This document shows positions 1 to 8,414 of a stretch of 32,191 nucleotides of DNA, in pieces. Source of the DNA: a virus (Duplodnaviria; Caudoviricetes); the IMG/VR virus record IMGVR_UViG_3300002182_000372, positions 1-32,191 of that record. One strand, given 5' to 3'. Both the position numbers and the translations under genes were made by a program. The stretch's first letter is position 1; the number at the start of each line of letters is the position of its first letter. The notes beneath the pieces are model-generated. The model was not told where the DNA came from. It ran no database searches and saw nothing but the letters and a program-made list of their open reading frames with translations.

Positions 1-2
1 AG

Positions 3-218
3 AAAAGATTGGCCAAATGCGCTGGTTGTCCGGTGTTTTATGCGCCGCTGCGTAGCTGCGGCTCGCCTTTGGTTCAGGGCAAATACACCGGCTGTTATTG
101 TCACATGCCCACAAAAGCGCGTTATGAGTGTGATTGCTGGGCATACGAATCCAATGCCTGGATAAATTTGGTTCCCAATTGCTGGCCGCCCAGCTACAAT
201 TCATTTTATGGCAAATGA
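3..218 (+). CDS. 5'-truncated Cys-rich small phage protein, probable metal-binding
   Basis: Frame is open from the window edge: KRLAKCAGCP...SCG...GCYCHMPTKA...CDCW. This resembles the RLxxCxxCP...GCxMxxK...C..W pattern of small phage Cys-rich proteins. The stop overlaps the next start. Confidence 0.6.
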   Translation, partial: KRLAKCAGCPVFYAPLRSCGSPLVQGKYTGCYCHMPTKARYECDCWAYESNAWINLVPNCWPPSYNSFYGK

Positions 219-690
219 GAATCAGTTAATCAAACCCGAATCATTGGCTGCGCTTACAACCGAGCCGCCGGATGTAAGCGAAAGGAAAGCTCTGGCAGCA
301 GCCAAGGCCATTGGCCTGCCTGAGAATGCAATTGCAAAAATACAGAACAAGGAAACCTTTGCTGAATGGGTCTCATCAAAAGCGGTTGGCGTGATGCAGG
401 CTCATGCGATTGGCAACATCGAAAGGGCTGAAAAACTGGCTCAGAAAATCAGCGAGATGATTGAGAGAACGGATAGTGTCCCTGAGCTTGCTGAATTGAC
501 GGCCAGCCTTGAGGCTGTCTCACGCATTCAACTTTCCTGGGCGCGCGAGGCGGTTAAGGGGGCCGAAGTACGTGGGAGTGCCAAGAGACAAACCAAACAG
601 AAAAGCATTGCTCCACAACTATTTGCTGACAAGATGCAGGTTGTCATATCGCCAAGTACAGAATCAGGCTCTGGAAAAGATGCAAGTTGA
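208..690 (+). CDS. Hypothetical alpha-helical protein, possible terminase small subunit
   Basis: 160 aa with a helical core and a short C-terminal beta-like MQVVIS segment, close to terL. The TerS assignment is positional inference only. Confidence 0.45.
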   Translation: MANENQLIKPESLAALTTEPPDVSERKALAAAKAIGLPENAIAKIQNKETFAEWVSSKAVGVMQAHAIGNIERAEKLAQKISEMIERTDSVPELAELTASLEAVSRIQLSWAREAVKGAEVRGSAKRQTKQKSIAPQLFADKMQVVISPSTESGSGKDAS

Positions 691-713
691 TAGATAAGGG
701 GTAAATTTGAATC

Positions 714-1019
714 ATGAGCGAGACAACAAATAGTAACGGCAACGGAAATGGAAAGTTCCTAGTTAAAATAAACTGGGGCCGATTGGGCACGATTATTTCC
801 GTGATAACGCCGATTGCTTTTGTCATTTATTTCTTTGTACTGTTTCCATATCGCTTGGCCGCTCTGGAAAGCCAAGTAAAAGAACAGCAGCAGATTATTG
901 ATAACATCAGGGTATCAATGGCCAAGCTTGAATTGAGCCTGGCCAAAATTGAAGCGAATACAGTGGCCATCAAAGAATCACTTGAAAGACATGAGCGATT
1001 GTTGTATCCTTTGAAATGA
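714..1019 (+). CDS. Single-TM coiled-coil membrane protein, holin/antiholin-like
   Basis: TM segment LGTIISVITPIAFVIYFFVLF followed by a heptad coiled coil; ATGA-coupled to the next gene; first gene of the lysis-like cluster. Confidence 0.55.
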   Translation: MSETTNSNGNGNGKFLVKINWGRLGTIISVITPIAFVIYFFVLFPYRLAALESQVKEQQQIIDNIRVSMAKLELSLAKIEANTVAIKESLERHERLLYPLK

Positions 1020-1342
1020 TGAAAGTGAAACTGATAATTCTGTTGGCTGTTGCGGCCACATTCAGTGGTTTCGCACAGGAAACTGGGACATCAACTGACG
1101 CTCAGGCTCCATCTTGGGTTTATGATTTGGTGGTCAAATATCCGGTTGTTGCCACAATTTTGATTGCAATTGGGGCATTGCGCCTGGCCTTGAAGCCGGT
1201 CTTCACCATTTGGCATCAGGTTGTCGAAAGCACACCGGACACCAAAGATGATGAATTTTTGGCGAAAGTCGAAAATTCAAAAATTCTAAAAGCAATTGTT
1301 TATGTGCTTGATTGGCTTGCCAGCGTCAAATTAGTTAAATGA
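1016..1342 (+). CDS. Holin-like membrane protein with an N-terminal signal-peptide-like segment
   Basis: MMKVKLIILLAVAATFSGFAQ, then TM VVATILIAIGALRLAL, then a TPDTKDDEFLAKV motif resembling the TPxxxDD motif of small phage holin-like proteins. Confidence 0.55.
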   Translation: MMKVKLIILLAVAATFSGFAQETGTSTDAQAPSWVYDLVVKYPVVATILIAIGALRLALKPVFTIWHQVVESTPDTKDDEFLAKVENSKILKAIVYVLDWLASVKLVK

Positions 1343-1650
1343 GCTGGTTGACAATCATCGGCAACTTGCTGCGTGCAGTTGCGGCGTATTTGGAATTGCG
1401 ACTGGTCAGTGCGCGATGGCGATTGGCGAAAGAGATTGCGGAATACTATGATAACCAACAGGATGAAATTGATAAGCTGCGCCGTTCTACTGATGACATT
1501 GACCATATTCGGGCCGACAGGCTGCGCCAGCGGATTATTCGGCTCGAAGCCATCGCCACCGTACAACATTTATCAACCCAGGGTACTGGTGCTGAAAGCG
1601 GGGACGAAAGTGGAAACGGTGGCGGGAACGTACGTGGCCCAGAAAAATGA
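1339..1650 (+). CDS. Putative inner-membrane spanin (Rz-like)
   Basis: Hydrophobic N-terminus, charged helical region, and an overlapping lipoprotein ORF in the +1 frame, as in Rz/Rz1 pairs. Confidence 0.6.
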   Translation: MSWLTIIGNLLRAVAAYLELRLVSARWRLAKEIAEYYDNQQDEIDKLRRSTDDIDHIRADRLRQRIIRLEAIATVQHLSTQGTGAESGDESGNGGGNVRGPEK

Positions 1651-1741
1651 AATCTGGCACAGCGCAACAGCTTACTCTGAGTTGGAGGCTCAGGTAATCA
1701 ATCTTGCCGCCGCACTGGCCGAATGCCAGGCACGCAAGTGA
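1463..1741 (+). CDS. Putative outer-membrane spanin lipoprotein (Rz1-like)
   Basis: Start revised from 1373 to ATG 1463. MKLISCAVLLMTLTIFGPTGC is a signal peptide with a lipobox-like Cys, followed by a Pro-rich segment; overlaps 1339..1650 in another frame. Confidence 0.65.
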   Translation: MKLISCAVLLMTLTIFGPTGCASGLFGSKPSPPYNIYQPRVLVLKAGTKVETVAGTYVAQKNEIWHSATAYSELEAQVINLAAALAECQARK

Positions 1742-1745
1742 TTCG

Positions 1746-1820
1746 GGCAACGCGCCGTTTTCCTGAATGTTGCCAGTGCGTTCAGGGGTGTTTCCGGCGC
1801 GTTGCCTATTTCTTTTTCTT
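1746..1820 (+). terminator. Long hairpin between convergent genes, probable (bidirectional) terminator
   Basis: Perfect 12-bp arms GGCAACGCGCCG (1746-1757) and CGGCGCGTTGCC (1795-1806), inner stem CCTGAATG/CGTTCAGG, then a T-rich tract at 1807-1820. Confidence 0.6.
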
Positions 1821-1982
1821 GCGTAACTTGCTCAAAATGAGCGCAAGTCGCGCCCGCCGTCCTGTTACTCCAGAATCGTGCTGGTGCGCCTGTGCAAAAG
1901 CCATTGTGCTCATGCCGGCACGTTGAGCGGCCTGTTTCAGCGCGCCCTTCCTCTTGATTGCATTTTGAATCCAATTTGCCAT
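1806..1982 (-). CDS. Small basic phage protein, 58 aa (absent from the ORF track)
   Basis: Manual translation: MANWIQNAIKRKGALKQAAQRAGMSTMAFAQAHQHDSGVTGRRARLALILSKLRKKKK. Fits the WIxxAIKxxGAL...GxRARLAxxL pattern I recognise from small phage proteins near head genes. Starts 3 nt after the terL stop. Confidence 0.75.
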   Translation of the reverse strand: MANWIQNAIKRKGALKQAAQRAGMSTMAFAQAHQHDSGVTGRRARLALILSKLRKKKK

Positions 1983-1985
1983 ATA

Positions 1986-3629
1986 TCATCCCATATTTGT
2001 TACTATTATACTACCACTCGCAGGGTTTTTGCCAACTCGAATTTGCCTTACTGAAGTCATCATCTCGTTCCAGGCTTCCATGCAAATGGCGTAGGACAAG
2101 GCGTCGAATGAATGTTTGAGAGGAGATGCCTTGTCAATTTTGCCGGCCCTGGTTCGTCGAAAGCTTTCAAACATTTCGATTAGATGCTGGCAACGCGGGC
2201 CGGAAATAAAAAGCCTGTCCTGATGCAACAGCCGCGTGATGAAATCAACACGGGATTCAATATCGCCCTTCTGGCATTTTTGAAGAACAATGCGGCCATT
2301 TGAAAACCGGTAAATCTCCTTGGACTCATACGAATCGGCAATGTTTTTGTAATCGAATGCCGATGTATCAGACCAATGACGCCACAAAGCTTTCCGGCCC
2401 AACTGTTGCTCCCAGAAATCCATGATTTCCATGATTTCCTCGGTTATTTCCTTCAGGGACAATTCCTGATTGATGGAAACGAATTCATCCAAAACCTTGA
2501 ACGCCACCTCAATCCGGGGCTTGCCATTCTCAATTTGGTCAGGGTATTCAATCTGGATTTTCTCAATCGGCCCGATAACAGCGTGGTTGCGCACGCTGCC
2601 AATATCCCAGCCCATGATGAAAGTTGTGGTGTTTTCTTCCGGCAACATGATTGTATCTTCCAACTCTCTATCAGGCTTGGCGAAATCAACTGATTTGCCG
2701 CCGATAATATGGACGGTTGGTTTCCAGACTTTGGCAAAGATGGCTTCTGAAGTGGCGCGCACCCATTGGCCCAAGTAGAAACGACGGTACAAATCGGGAT
2801 TATGCGCGTACTTGGCCTGTTGCGCGGCTTTCTGTTCATCCGAGATAAATGCATTATCGCCGACATGAATTTCGTGTACGGACAATTCTTTCTGGAGATT
2901 CCGAAGGTTCGCCAGCATTTTAGTCCGCGCAACTCCCTGAATATCTTTCAGGTTCAAATACTCCTCATCCTCAGGCTCAAGGTGGTCAAGGTTAAGTTTC
3001 CTGAAATAATACCACAACTTGTAAATCCACGAATCTTCGCCTTCATCGGCGGGATTGGTGTCAGAAATGAATTTGTGTTGTTCAGGAGTCAAATGCATAC
3101 AACGCAGGCATTCCTGAAGAACGTCGAATGTATGCCGGCGTTTGAAGTTTGAAAGCTCGGTCATCCAGATGAGTGAAAAACGGCGGTTACGGTAACGTTC
3201 GACTTCTGATTCATCTTTAAGCGAATCCAGATACATGCGCGAAATACCGCCTTGCTCGCCGAGTTCGGGAAAGTATTGGTTTGTTACCTCGAAATAATAC
3301 CTGTGACTTACAGGCTCCATTTTAACTGGCCCGCGCCTCACGTCCTTGTAATAAAATTCCATGCCGAAATCGGCTTCAAACCACTGGGGTAAAATGGTGT
3401 TAATCAAATCCGACCATGCGCCTTCATTGAGGTTGTCGCCGATTGACCGGCCAATCATGACACCGCGTGCTCCCGGCGTCTTCCAAAGATGCCAGGCAAC
3501 GGCGTGCAAACACGCAACAGTTTTGCCGGAATACCGTGGCCCGCTGACAAGGACGTAACGTTTTGGGTCAGTGATAACGGCCATCTGTTTTGGAAATACA
3601 TTTGGCACCCATGCTTTTTTCTCTTCCAT
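1986..3629 (-). CDS. terL: Terminase large subunit
   Basis: Q-motif PKQ, Walker A SGPRYSGKT, Walker B-like LIWMTE, coupling motif SDTNP, RRFYLGQW, and RNase H-like nuclease motifs GWDIG, WSDTS and HSFDALSY. Confidence 0.93.
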   Translation of the reverse strand: MEEKKAWVPNVFPKQMAVITDPKRYVLVSGPRYSGKTVACLHAVAWHLWKTPGARGVMIGRSIGDNLNEGAWSDLINTILPQWFEADFGMEFYYKDVRRGPVKMEPVSHRYYFEVTNQYFPELGEQGGISRMYLDSLKDESEVERYRNRRFSLIWMTELSNFKRRHTFDVLQECLRCMHLTPEQHKFISDTNPADEGEDSWIYKLWYYFRKLNLDHLEPEDEEYLNLKDIQGVARTKMLANLRNLQKELSVHEIHVGDNAFISDEQKAAQQAKYAHNPDLYRRFYLGQWVRATSEAIFAKVWKPTVHIIGGKSVDFAKPDRELEDTIMLPEENTTTFIMGWDIGSVRNHAVIGPIEKIQIEYPDQIENGKPRIEVAFKVLDEFVSINQELSLKEITEEIMEIMDFWEQQLGRKALWRHWSDTSAFDYKNIADSYESKEIYRFSNGRIVLQKCQKGDIESRVDFITRLLHQDRLFISGPRCQHLIEMFESFRRTRAGKIDKASPLKHSFDALSYAICMEAWNEMMTSVRQIRVGKNPASGSIIVTNMG

Positions 3630-3634
3630 AACCG

Positions 3635-3663
3635 TTGACTACCAATTGACATTATGGTAGCTT
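3635..3663 (+). promoter_or_regulatory. Sigma70-like promoter for the head operon
   Basis: TTGACT (3635-3640), 17-bp spacer, TAGCTT (3658-3663) preceded by an extended TGn. Confidence 0.55.
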
Positions 3664-3677
3664 CATTCAAAAGTCAA
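3649..3677 (-). promoter_or_regulatory. Sigma70-like promoter for terL, overlapping the plus-strand promoter
   Basis: Minus-strand TTGACT (3677-3672), 17-bp spacer, TAATGT (3654-3649); terL ATG at 3629. Confidence 0.5.
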
Positions 3678-3691
3678 TGATTGAGGTGTAT

Positions 3692-4072
3692 ATGAAAGAA
3701 ACGAATGACGAATTGGATTTGAGTTACACACCGCCCAGCGGCCTTGTTTTTAATGAGGAAATGGAGCCAAGGAAAAAGAAAAAATCAGAGCCATATTACC
3801 CGCGTTTGGATTTGCATTTCGATGCAGCCGACAATTTCGTGAAGAAATTTGGCGAACCCAAGTTGGGTGAAGTGATTGAAATGACAATCAAGGCAAGGTG
3901 CACGGAAGTCAGCAGGCGCAAATTAAGAGGCCAATCCAATACCGATAGCCAAATCTGTTTTGATGTTCTTTCAATAGTCGGTGATAGTGTCGAAGAGGCA
4001 TCGGAAGAGACCGAAACAAAGGAAGAAGAGGAAGAGGCAAAGGAAAAGGAATCCAATGGCGAAAAATACTAG
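3692..4072 (+). CDS. Capsid staple/cement-like protein with acidic tail
   Basis: YYPRLDLHFD...PKLGEVIEMTIKARCTEVS...ICFDVLSI resembles from memory the YP.L.L...PKVG..M.I.A.A.V..S pattern of the Ralstonia phage GP4 gp10-like family. GAGG lies upstream of ATG 3692 (alternative start 3677). Confidence 0.5.
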   Translation: MKETNDELDLSYTPPSGLVFNEEMEPRKKKKSEPYYPRLDLHFDAADNFVKKFGEPKLGEVIEMTIKARCTEVSRRKLRGQSNTDSQICFDVLSIVGDSVEEASEETETKEEEEEAKEKESNGEKY

Positions 4073-6494
4073 TTCAAAAGAGATAGGCGCAAGTTTCGTT
4101 CAAGCCATTGGTGATGCGCTTGGTATCACCAGAAAGGAGCCTACTGGCGGCAAGCGCGCCTACAAATCAATCACCAGCGATAAGCTGAAGCAAATCTTCA
4201 CCAAGGACAGGGAGCAACTTGAAGGCAAGCAAAAGGAGTTTTACGACCTCATTGTTGACCGGATTGCCCAGGCGCGAATGGATAGCCTGAAGGATTGGCG
4301 GGTTTACGGAGCCATAGATGAAGCATGGAATGTTCCATTCAGCCAAATCACGCCAACTATAATCCGCAAAATCATATCGTCAGCCAAAAATCCTGAGGAC
4401 GTCCGGCAGCAATTGAAAATATGGGGATTATCAGAAGAAACTCTCTTCACCATCACCGTGAATGATAAAAAAGAAAAGGAATACATCCTGAACACGGACA
4501 CTTTTTTCAGGGTTTTCGTTCCGATTGTAAAGGCGTATGTCACGGCGCGTGCAGGCAAGATTTTCAATGATTTGGATAATGACCCGTTCTTTGTTTACCA
4601 ACCCGTTCACACAACTGAAGCATTTGAATTGATTGGCGAGATTCTGACCAACTTGATTGGCCGCCAGATGGTTGAAAATTGCGGCCTCAAGGCGGTTGTT
4701 AAATCGGCTATTCTGCACGCCATCAAATACGGGTGGTGCATCACGTTCCCCGCTGAAGCATGGTATTACGAGGAAGATTTTGATGACGAAGGCAAAACCT
4801 ACACCAAGAAAGAAGGATTACGCTACAACATCCCGCACCCAACAAGATGTGCTTTCGACAAAACCTATCGTCCGGCAACAATCAATTCTGATACAGGCTG
4901 TGAGTGGGCTTGTTATTGGGACATCATGAAGTATGGCAGCATTACAAGGGAGCCATACTACAACACTGACAAGGTAACGTACGGGAAAAACTGGTTCGAC
5001 CCGCAGATAAGTCACGGGTATTTTCAGGAGATGTATCCCTGCGTGATTTCGCCACCCGATTTTGTCGGCGGCTGGACTAACAATCGGCAAATTGAATCTC
5101 AGCGATACACGACAAACGAAAAGGACAAGGCGGTTTTCGTGAGCAATTTGTTCATGAAAGTTATCCCCAAGGATTGGGGGCTTGCTGATGTTTCAACACC
5201 CGTTTGGATTAGGTTTGTTGTTGCCAATGACGACACAGTAATTTGGGCTGAACCATTACCGTATTGCCCGTTGGTCTATTGGAGTGGCGATTCTGATGAT
5301 GGCCTTTCGTTGAACCCGTCCTTTGCGCTTGAATGTTTGCCCTGGCAGGATTTGGTGGGGAACATTCTGATGCAGCACATAATCACCATTCGGCAAAACC
5401 TGATGAAGGTAATCCGGTACGATGTCCGGCAGGTTTCAGAATCACAAATCCGCGAAATAGAAGCCAAACACAAGGATGCAACAGCCTGCATTTGGTTTCC
5501 GTATGATTCGATGCGCCAGCAGGCGGAGGGGCTTAATCCGGCGGAGATGTTCCAGCCAATCAATTTTCAATACCAAGACACCACCCAATTGATTTCAATT
5601 CTCAACACCGTTTTCAACATCATGGAGCGCGCCCTGAACATGAGCGCCCAGGAACTGGGAACAACTGCGGGGCATATTCAAACGGCGGAGGAGGTTCGGA
5701 TTATCAACCAAAACACAAGCGGGCGCGTTCAGTACATCGAAACTTTCATTTACGACGCCATAGCGGCCATGAAACGGCAGCTTTATGAGGCATCCCTTGA
5801 ATTCATGGACGAAGAATTCGCCGCGGAAGTGAATGCCGTCCCGTTGCCCAAGCTCGATATGTTGAGGGAAGCGTTGGGTTTCAAATTCACATGGCCTCCC
5901 TACAGGGGGAAGATTGTGGTTAGCGGCGATAAACGGAAATTGTCTGTTGGCGGTTTCCTGTCGTCCCGCGAAGGCAATACGCGGCTGGCCAGTCCGCAAA
6001 CTGCGCAGGTTATGCTTCAAACTATTCAAGCGGTTGTTGGCCAGCCTGAGCTTGCTCAGAAGATTGGCGTTGAATGGTTTGTTGCTATGTTCAATCGCAT
6101 AGCCCGCATGATGGGGGCGCCTGACGATTTTGAGATTAAAATTTCGCCTGAAGCCGGCACGTTGGCGCAAATGCAGATGTTGGCGGGGCAACTCCAGCAG
6201 ATGTCCCAGCAAATTGCCCAGGGCGCCGCGCAAATGGCGGCGCAACAAACTGCCCCCGCCATTCAACAGCAATCAGCCGCCATTAGCCAGATAGCCGCCA
6301 AGGTTGGTGAAATAGAAAAGGCGCTGGGTGCTTTGGCCCAACAGAACAATCAGATTGACCAAGCGCAAGCCGAGCAAATCAATCAAATTGCGCAGGCGGT
6401 CAAAAACCTTGGCACCATAATCACCGCGGCATCCAATGCCCCGGCCAGTCCGCCTGAGGCGCCCATGGTTCAAATGCCGATGCCGCCTCAATGA
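4056..6494 (+). CDS. Portal protein with Gln-rich C-terminal helical extension
   Basis: About 812 aa, upstream of scaffold and capsid. Contains HAIKYGWC and GTTAGHIQTAEEVRII (TAxE motif of podoviral portals) and a Q/A-rich coiled-coil tail like the P22 barrel. Start revised to ATG 4056. Confidence 0.8.
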   Translation: MAKNTSSKEIGASFVQAIGDALGITRKEPTGGKRAYKSITSDKLKQIFTKDREQLEGKQKEFYDLIVDRIAQARMDSLKDWRVYGAIDEAWNVPFSQITPTIIRKIISSAKNPEDVRQQLKIWGLSEETLFTITVNDKKEKEYILNTDTFFRVFVPIVKAYVTARAGKIFNDLDNDPFFVYQPVHTTEAFELIGEILTNLIGRQMVENCGLKAVVKSAILHAIKYGWCITFPAEAWYYEEDFDDEGKTYTKKEGLRYNIPHPTRCAFDKTYRPATINSDTGCEWACYWDIMKYGSITREPYYNTDKVTYGKNWFDPQISHGYFQEMYPCVISPPDFVGGWTNNRQIESQRYTTNEKDKAVFVSNLFMKVIPKDWGLADVSTPVWIRFVVANDDTVIWAEPLPYCPLVYWSGDSDDGLSLNPSFALECLPWQDLVGNILMQHIITIRQNLMKVIRYDVRQVSESQIREIEAKHKDATACIWFPYDSMRQQAEGLNPAEMFQPINFQYQDTTQLISILNTVFNIMERALNMSAQELGTTAGHIQTAEEVRIINQNTSGRVQYIETFIYDAIAAMKRQLYEASLEFMDEEFAAEVNAVPLPKLDMLREALGFKFTWPPYRGKIVVSGDKRKLSVGGFLSSREGNTRLASPQTAQVMLQTIQAVVGQPELAQKIGVEWFVAMFNRIARMMGAPDDFEIKISPEAGTLAQMQMLAGQLQQMSQQIAQGAAQMAAQQTAPAIQQQSAAISQIAAKVGEIEKALGALAQQNNQIDQAQAEQINQIAQAVKNLGTIITAASNAPASPPEAPMVQMPMPPQ

Positions 6495-6503
6495 AAAAAA
6501 GAT

Positions 6504-6532
6504 TTGAACTCAAGTGATGGATAATGTAGATT
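6504..6532 (+). promoter_or_regulatory. Sigma70-like promoter, possibly leaderless
   Basis: TTGAAC (6504-6509), 17-bp spacer, TAGATT (6527-6532); ATG at 6540 follows after 7 nt. Confidence 0.4.
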
Positions 6533-6539
6533 GAACTAT

Positions 6540-6833
6540 ATGGTAATTGAAAAAACACCACTAACTGAGGTGGAAATTCAAAACTTACTGGCGCTTTTCC
6601 AGCACCCAGGAATGGAAATCCTACGCCGCGTGATTGAAAATCGCGCTGATTACCACAAAATTCTCGCTGGCTGTGATTTGGCGGATGCTCTCCTTGCGTA
6701 TCCGAAAATAATGGATGCCGCCAATTCCAATGCACGCGCTGCCCTTGAATGGAAGACGTGTCAGGAGAGATTGGACATGATTTGGTCTGAGCTGGACAAG
6801 AAAACCGTAACCTTGAACAAAGTGCAAATCTAA
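6540..6833 (+). CDS. Small helical protein after the portal, Bbp19-like
   Basis: LLALFQHPGMEILRRVIE resembles the LFxxPxGxxVL pattern of post-portal proteins, and the position between portal and scaffold fits. Confidence 0.5.
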   Translation: MVIEKTPLTEVEIQNLLALFQHPGMEILRRVIENRADYHKILAGCDLADALLAYPKIMDAANSNARAALEWKTCQERLDMIWSELDKKTVTLNKVQI

Positions 6834-6836
6834 CCT

Positions 6837-8291
6837 ATGGAAAACGACAAAGACACAATCCAAAATCAAACTGTCGAACAAGACACCGACAACCAACAAG
6901 TTGTCAAGCAACAGAATCAATCGGCAGAAAAACCGGAGACTGTACCGCCTGAGGTAGCCGGCAAGGTGCTTTCCACTTTGCTTGGCCAACCGGCGGAACC
7001 GTCCCAGGCGGATGACAAACCAAAAGAACCAACGCCGCCCCCGGCACCTGCCAAGCGCATTAAAAAGGCAAAGGATTATCCGGAGATTGACCCGGAGAAA
7101 ATTGCTGAGGCGGCGGCGCGGGGGGTTGCCAAGGCGCTGAAAGATAAAGATGAAAAAACGAAAACACCGCCCCCAGCGCAGCCGGCTGAAGAAGAGATTA
7201 TTCCGCCGGATAAACTGCCTGAGGAAGACCGGCAGGCTTATGAGGTCATTGTTGAAATGGCCAACTTGTACCCAGACAAGTACAAGGATTACCCGCAAAA
7301 GGCGCTGAAATTCAAGGCTACCCTTGAAAAAGATGCGGATACATTCCGCGACAAGTGGGAAAAGGCGAACCCGCCCGAAAATTTTGCCAGCGATGAGGAA
7401 CGCAACGCGGCAATGGCAGAGGCATGGAATGAACACGCCGCGAATCTGCGTCAGAAAATCGGCTTCAACTATTCGCAAGCTGATTTCGAAAAGGCACAGG
7501 AACAGTTGAAATTGAAGCCAATAGCTTCAAAAGTTCAGGAGCTTGAGCAAACAGTTAAGCAAGCCAAGCTCAAAGAAGTGCAGCCGAAGATAATGCAAAC
7601 CGCCTTAAGCGCCGCGGCTGATGTTGTGAATGAAATGGTCGGCAAAGATGCCTTTGATGAAGTGTTCAAGGACGGGAAATTCTCAAGGGATAAACTGACC
7701 GAACTTGCGCCTGAATCAGCCGAGATAATTGAATCCGCGGCTCAGGCAGCGGCTGTGTTTGCGGCGACAGTTGAATCGTTCATCAACGGGCTGGCTGATG
7801 AACGGCAAACTGATGCCGTTGTATCGGCGGTTGCCAACATCGAAAAATACATTACCAGCCTGCCTGAAGAAGAGCAAAAAGATGGCCAAGGCCGGCAATT
7901 TATTTCTGTTACCCAGTATAACAAGTTGTCTGATGCGGAAAAAGCAAAGCGATGGACACTTGACCCGCAAACGCTTATTGCAATCAACAATCACCTCATT
8001 CTCGAAGAAGCGAAAGAAAAAGCCCAACAAGAACAGGAGCGCATCCAAAAAATTGTCGAGCGCAAATACGGCCTGCAAAAGCCCGGCAAGGCCGATAAAG
8101 CGGCGGAAATCGCGCTGAATAGCCCGCCGCCAATGCCGCCGCCGGCGGCTAGCAAGCCGCTTTCACCATCAACCGCCGCCGCGCCAGTAGCCACAAAAAC
8201 AACCACTCAATCAGGCGGGTTAAAGGGGCCTGGGAGCAAGCTTTTGAATGCTCTTTTGAACGGATTACCGCCATCAGGCGCCATCACATAA
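6837..8291 (+). CDS. Capsid scaffolding protein
   Basis: 484 aa, rich in E/K/Q/A/P, helical with disordered ends, no Cys, directly upstream of the major capsid gene. Confidence 0.7.
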   Translation: MENDKDTIQNQTVEQDTDNQQVVKQQNQSAEKPETVPPEVAGKVLSTLLGQPAEPSQADDKPKEPTPPPAPAKRIKKAKDYPEIDPEKIAEAAARGVAKALKDKDEKTKTPPPAQPAEEEIIPPDKLPEEDRQAYEVIVEMANLYPDKYKDYPQKALKFKATLEKDADTFRDKWEKANPPENFASDEERNAAMAEAWNEHAANLRQKIGFNYSQADFEKAQEQLKLKPIASKVQELEQTVKQAKLKEVQPKIMQTALSAAADVVNEMVGKDAFDEVFKDGKFSRDKLTELAPESAEIIESAAQAAAVFAATVESFINGLADERQTDAVVSAVANIEKYITSLPEEEQKDGQGRQFISVTQYNKLSDAEKAKRWTLDPQTLIAINNHLILEEAKEKAQQEQERIQKIVERKYGLQKPGKADKAAEIALNSPPPMPPPAASKPLSPSTAAAPVATKTTTQSGGLKGPGSKLLNALLNGLPPSGAIT

Positions 8292-8301
8292 AATAAGAAA
8301 C

Positions 8302-8409
8302 CCATTATCTTATAATGGATTACAGCTCAATTACATAATATTCATTAGATGCCGATTTAACTAGCTGGCATTATTAAGTTGCGGTGTTAAATTGGTTGTA
8401 GAAAGGATT
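8302..8409 (+). promoter_or_regulatory. AT-rich control region of the capsid gene: palindrome, promoter and RBS
   Basis: CCATTAT-ctt-ATAATGG palindrome (8302-8318); CTGGCA (8365-8370), 17 bp, extended TGt-TAAATT (8388-8393); AAAGGA before ATG 8415. Confidence 0.45.
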
Positions 8410-8414
8410 GAGCT

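Noticed and set aside
1690-1989. 99-aa minus-strand ORF with an ATGA overlap to terL
   Set aside because: The 58-aa ORF in another frame (1806-1982) matches a recognisable phage pattern and ends at the hairpin, whereas this one runs through the hairpin into the spanin gene.
1740-3690. Recombinase-invertible segment carrying terL
   Set aside because: I found no matching inverted repeats at the two ends and no invertase in the window; promoter and terminator fit a fixed orientation.
3981-4055. Arg/Lys-rich N-terminal extension of the portal
   Set aside because: It is the frame shadow of the Glu-rich tail of the upstream gene; ATG 4056 is the more plausible start.
6491-6517. Mini-ORF MKKRFELK overlapping the portal stop
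   Set aside because: It is only 8 codons with no supporting evidence and overlaps a promoter candidate.
6621-7478. 285-aa minus-strand ORF, and similar ones at 5595-6272 and 31643-32188
   Set aside because: They are antisense shadows of biased plus-strand genes, with no motifs or translation signals.
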